Below are positions 62,812 through 64,000 of a stretch of 64,000 bases of DNA, one piece after another. The position numbers were made by a program, and so were the translations under genes. The stretch covers positions 9,879 through 73,878 of the forward strand of contig CAZWVL010000004.1 of assembly GCA_964637115.1 (NCBI GenBank), given 5' to 3'. Source of the DNA: an uncultured Methanosarcinales archaeon. GTDB taxonomy: Archaea > Nanobdellota > Nanobdellia > Woesearchaeales > ARS49. Numbering within the stretch: position 1 is the first letter of the stretch; each line of letters opens with the position of its first letter. The notes under the pieces were generated by a model. The model saw only the letters and a program-made list of their open reading frames with translations. It made no database searches and was not told the DNA's origin.

Positions 62812-63873
62812 GTGGACAAAAGGAAATCAGAATCCAAAGGAAGCACTAGAAGAGTGGTAATTTTTGGCTTAGCAGGTTTGCTTGCCTCATATGGTCTTTA
62901 CCGCTTCTTCGGAAATAAAGAATTGGATTTATCTTTTTTGGAAGCAAAAGCTCAGACCTTCCCTGCATTCAAGCTAAATGATCCAAAAGCGCTTTCAGAT
63001 TTGCCAGAAAAAGTTAAAGAAGAGTTTGTGCGTTTTACCCAGTCCGACCCGACTATCAAACAAAAATGGTACGCCCGTGGTGGAACTTCAGATATTTCTT
63101 TGCACGTAGTTAATGCAACTAAGCAAGAGATGGTTGTTCCAGAGCAGAATCTCCGATATGCTGAAGCTTACAAAGAGTTTTGTACTCTCGCATCAGACTT
63201 TGCCATGAAGCGCTGTGGGTATGATCCTAATGACAGACTCCCGATTACAATTCTTCGTGATAAGAGTCCGTCTGCTGAATGTATAAGCATAGTTAATAGT
63301 GTTATTGAAAAGTACGATATTAAATTCAATATTTCTCAAAAAGGTGTTGAACCGCTGCAACACGATGTGGCTTTGTCTCATTTTAGTTATCAACGTGGAG
63401 GATTCCAGATTAGCTTAACTCTTGATAAAAATACAAACGCGTGCATTCTAACACGCGGCCCAATGACATTTACTACAACAGGCGAAACGTATGAAGTTCT
63501 TGAAACGCCGTTTGCAGAAACATTGCATTTGATAACTTCCCCCACAACCATAACACATATCACCCAAGTTTTGCGTGAACTGAAGAAGGAGGAACGCAAT
63601 GAAAGATTTATGCTGGACATAATAGGACATGAAATGAAAGTTGAAGAGGCAATTGTCCATGCTGTTGGTCACAAGATGCTTGAAGAATTCGCAAGCAAGT
63701 ATCGTCTTCCCATAACCGAATCTCAACGTAAGGAAAGAATTGAATTCCAAAAGAATTATCCAGACTACCAGTTGATTGGCAAGGCTCTTGATCTTATCAA
63801 AACGCACGGTACAGATTTAATATCGTTGTATGTTAAAAATCCTGAACCTATAAGATCTGCTCTGAAAAACTAA
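62812..63873 (+). CDS. N-terminally anchored hypothetical protein (353 aa)
   Basis: TM segment RRVVIFGLAGLLASYGLYRFF, then a soluble domain. Confidence 0.4.
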   Translation: MDKRKSESKGSTRRVVIFGLAGLLASYGLYRFFGNKELDLSFLEAKAQTFPAFKLNDPKALSDLPEKVKEEFVRFTQSDPTIKQKWYARGGTSDISLHVVNATKQEMVVPEQNLRYAEAYKEFCTLASDFAMKRCGYDPNDRLPITILRDKSPSAECISIVNSVIEKYDIKFNISQKGVEPLQHDVALSHFSYQRGGFQISLTLDKNTNACILTRGPMTFTTTGETYEVLETPFAETLHLITSPTTITHITQVLRELKKEERNERFMLDIIGHEMKVEEAIVHAVGHKMLEEFASKYRLPITESQRKERIEFQKNYPDYQLIGKALDLIKTHGTDLISLYVKNPEPIRSALKN

Positions 63874-64000
63874 GACTTACAGATATATAACGTTAATCTG
63901 ATATCCATTCCTGCTCTGATTTTTTCTGGCCGCGTGCTTCCTTCTCTTTCTCCTTCGCAGGGTCCATTCTCAATCTGAATTTGCTCGACTGCTTCAGTTC

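Noticed and set aside
1-64000. CRISPR arrays, rRNA, tRNA, IS elements
   Set aside because: I scanned for regularly spaced direct repeats, rRNA-like conserved blocks, cloverleaf signatures and transposase-like ORFs. None were found. The only repeat families are the MTD 5' cassettes, the pilin 5' motif and the TRAM-tail duplication.

Overview
This window is an archaeal chromosomal segment. It carries archaeal recombination genes (RadA, RadB), replication genes (RPA, the RFC large subunit), aMBF1, archaeal-type uS2, a stand-alone TRAM-domain protein and a run of class-III-signal (archaeal type IV pilin-like) genes. The AT-rich composition, TRAM protein and lipobox lipoproteins suggest a methanogen-like euryarchaeon, but that is inference. 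The first ~22.8 kb is an accessory 'super-locus' built around one LivHMGF-type ABC importer with eight paralogous PBP1/LivK-family substrate-binding lipoproteins. It is arranged as two outward-facing arms: the minus-strand arm spans 1..9829 and the plus-strand arm 16663..22851. The minus-strand arm also holds a secreted beta-barrel 'porin-like' protein, a pair of paralogous 13 kDa proteins, and a tandem array of small genes. Those small genes share a near-identical ~60-nt 5' cassette (MTDQLSLDELLKLGKKVKEW) but have unrelated bodies. Between the arms sits a nearly mirror-symmetric signalling module. A single-pass membrane Hanks Ser/Thr kinase is preceded by an overlapping 48-aa ribbon-helix-helix ORF. 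It is divergently paired with an operon of an AbrB-like 47-aa ORF, a 174-aa ORF and a membrane APH-like kinase. Each kinase is capped at its 3' end by a convergent, overlapping AbrB-PhoU-like regulator gene. A third membrane kinase-like gene paired with an AbrB-PhoU gene recurs at 59.4-62.2 kb. The rest of the window is mostly housekeeping: RFC-L, ValRS, CysRS, NOL1/NOP2 with a PUA protein, an ABC-2 exporter, MBF1, two Lrp/AsnC genes, uS2, ThpR, TRAM, RadA, RadB and RPA. Two further accessory blocks stand out. One is a five-gene operon with three GT-C-fold membrane glycosyltransferase-like proteins and two paralogous N-glycosylation-sequon-rich secreted proteins (36.1-43.1 kb). The other is a ten-gene cluster of class-III-signal pilin-like proteins, several Cys-rich (52.1-58.0 kb). 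Three of the pilin genes begin with a conserved palindrome-rich nucleotide motif. A 96-nt structured element with perfect 13-bp terminal inverted repeats lies between the pilin cluster and rpa. No rRNA, tRNA or CRISPR array was found. Hand-counted coordinates for small elements may be off by 1-2 nt. Several tool ORF starts are TTG/GTG and were trimmed to the first plausible ATG.
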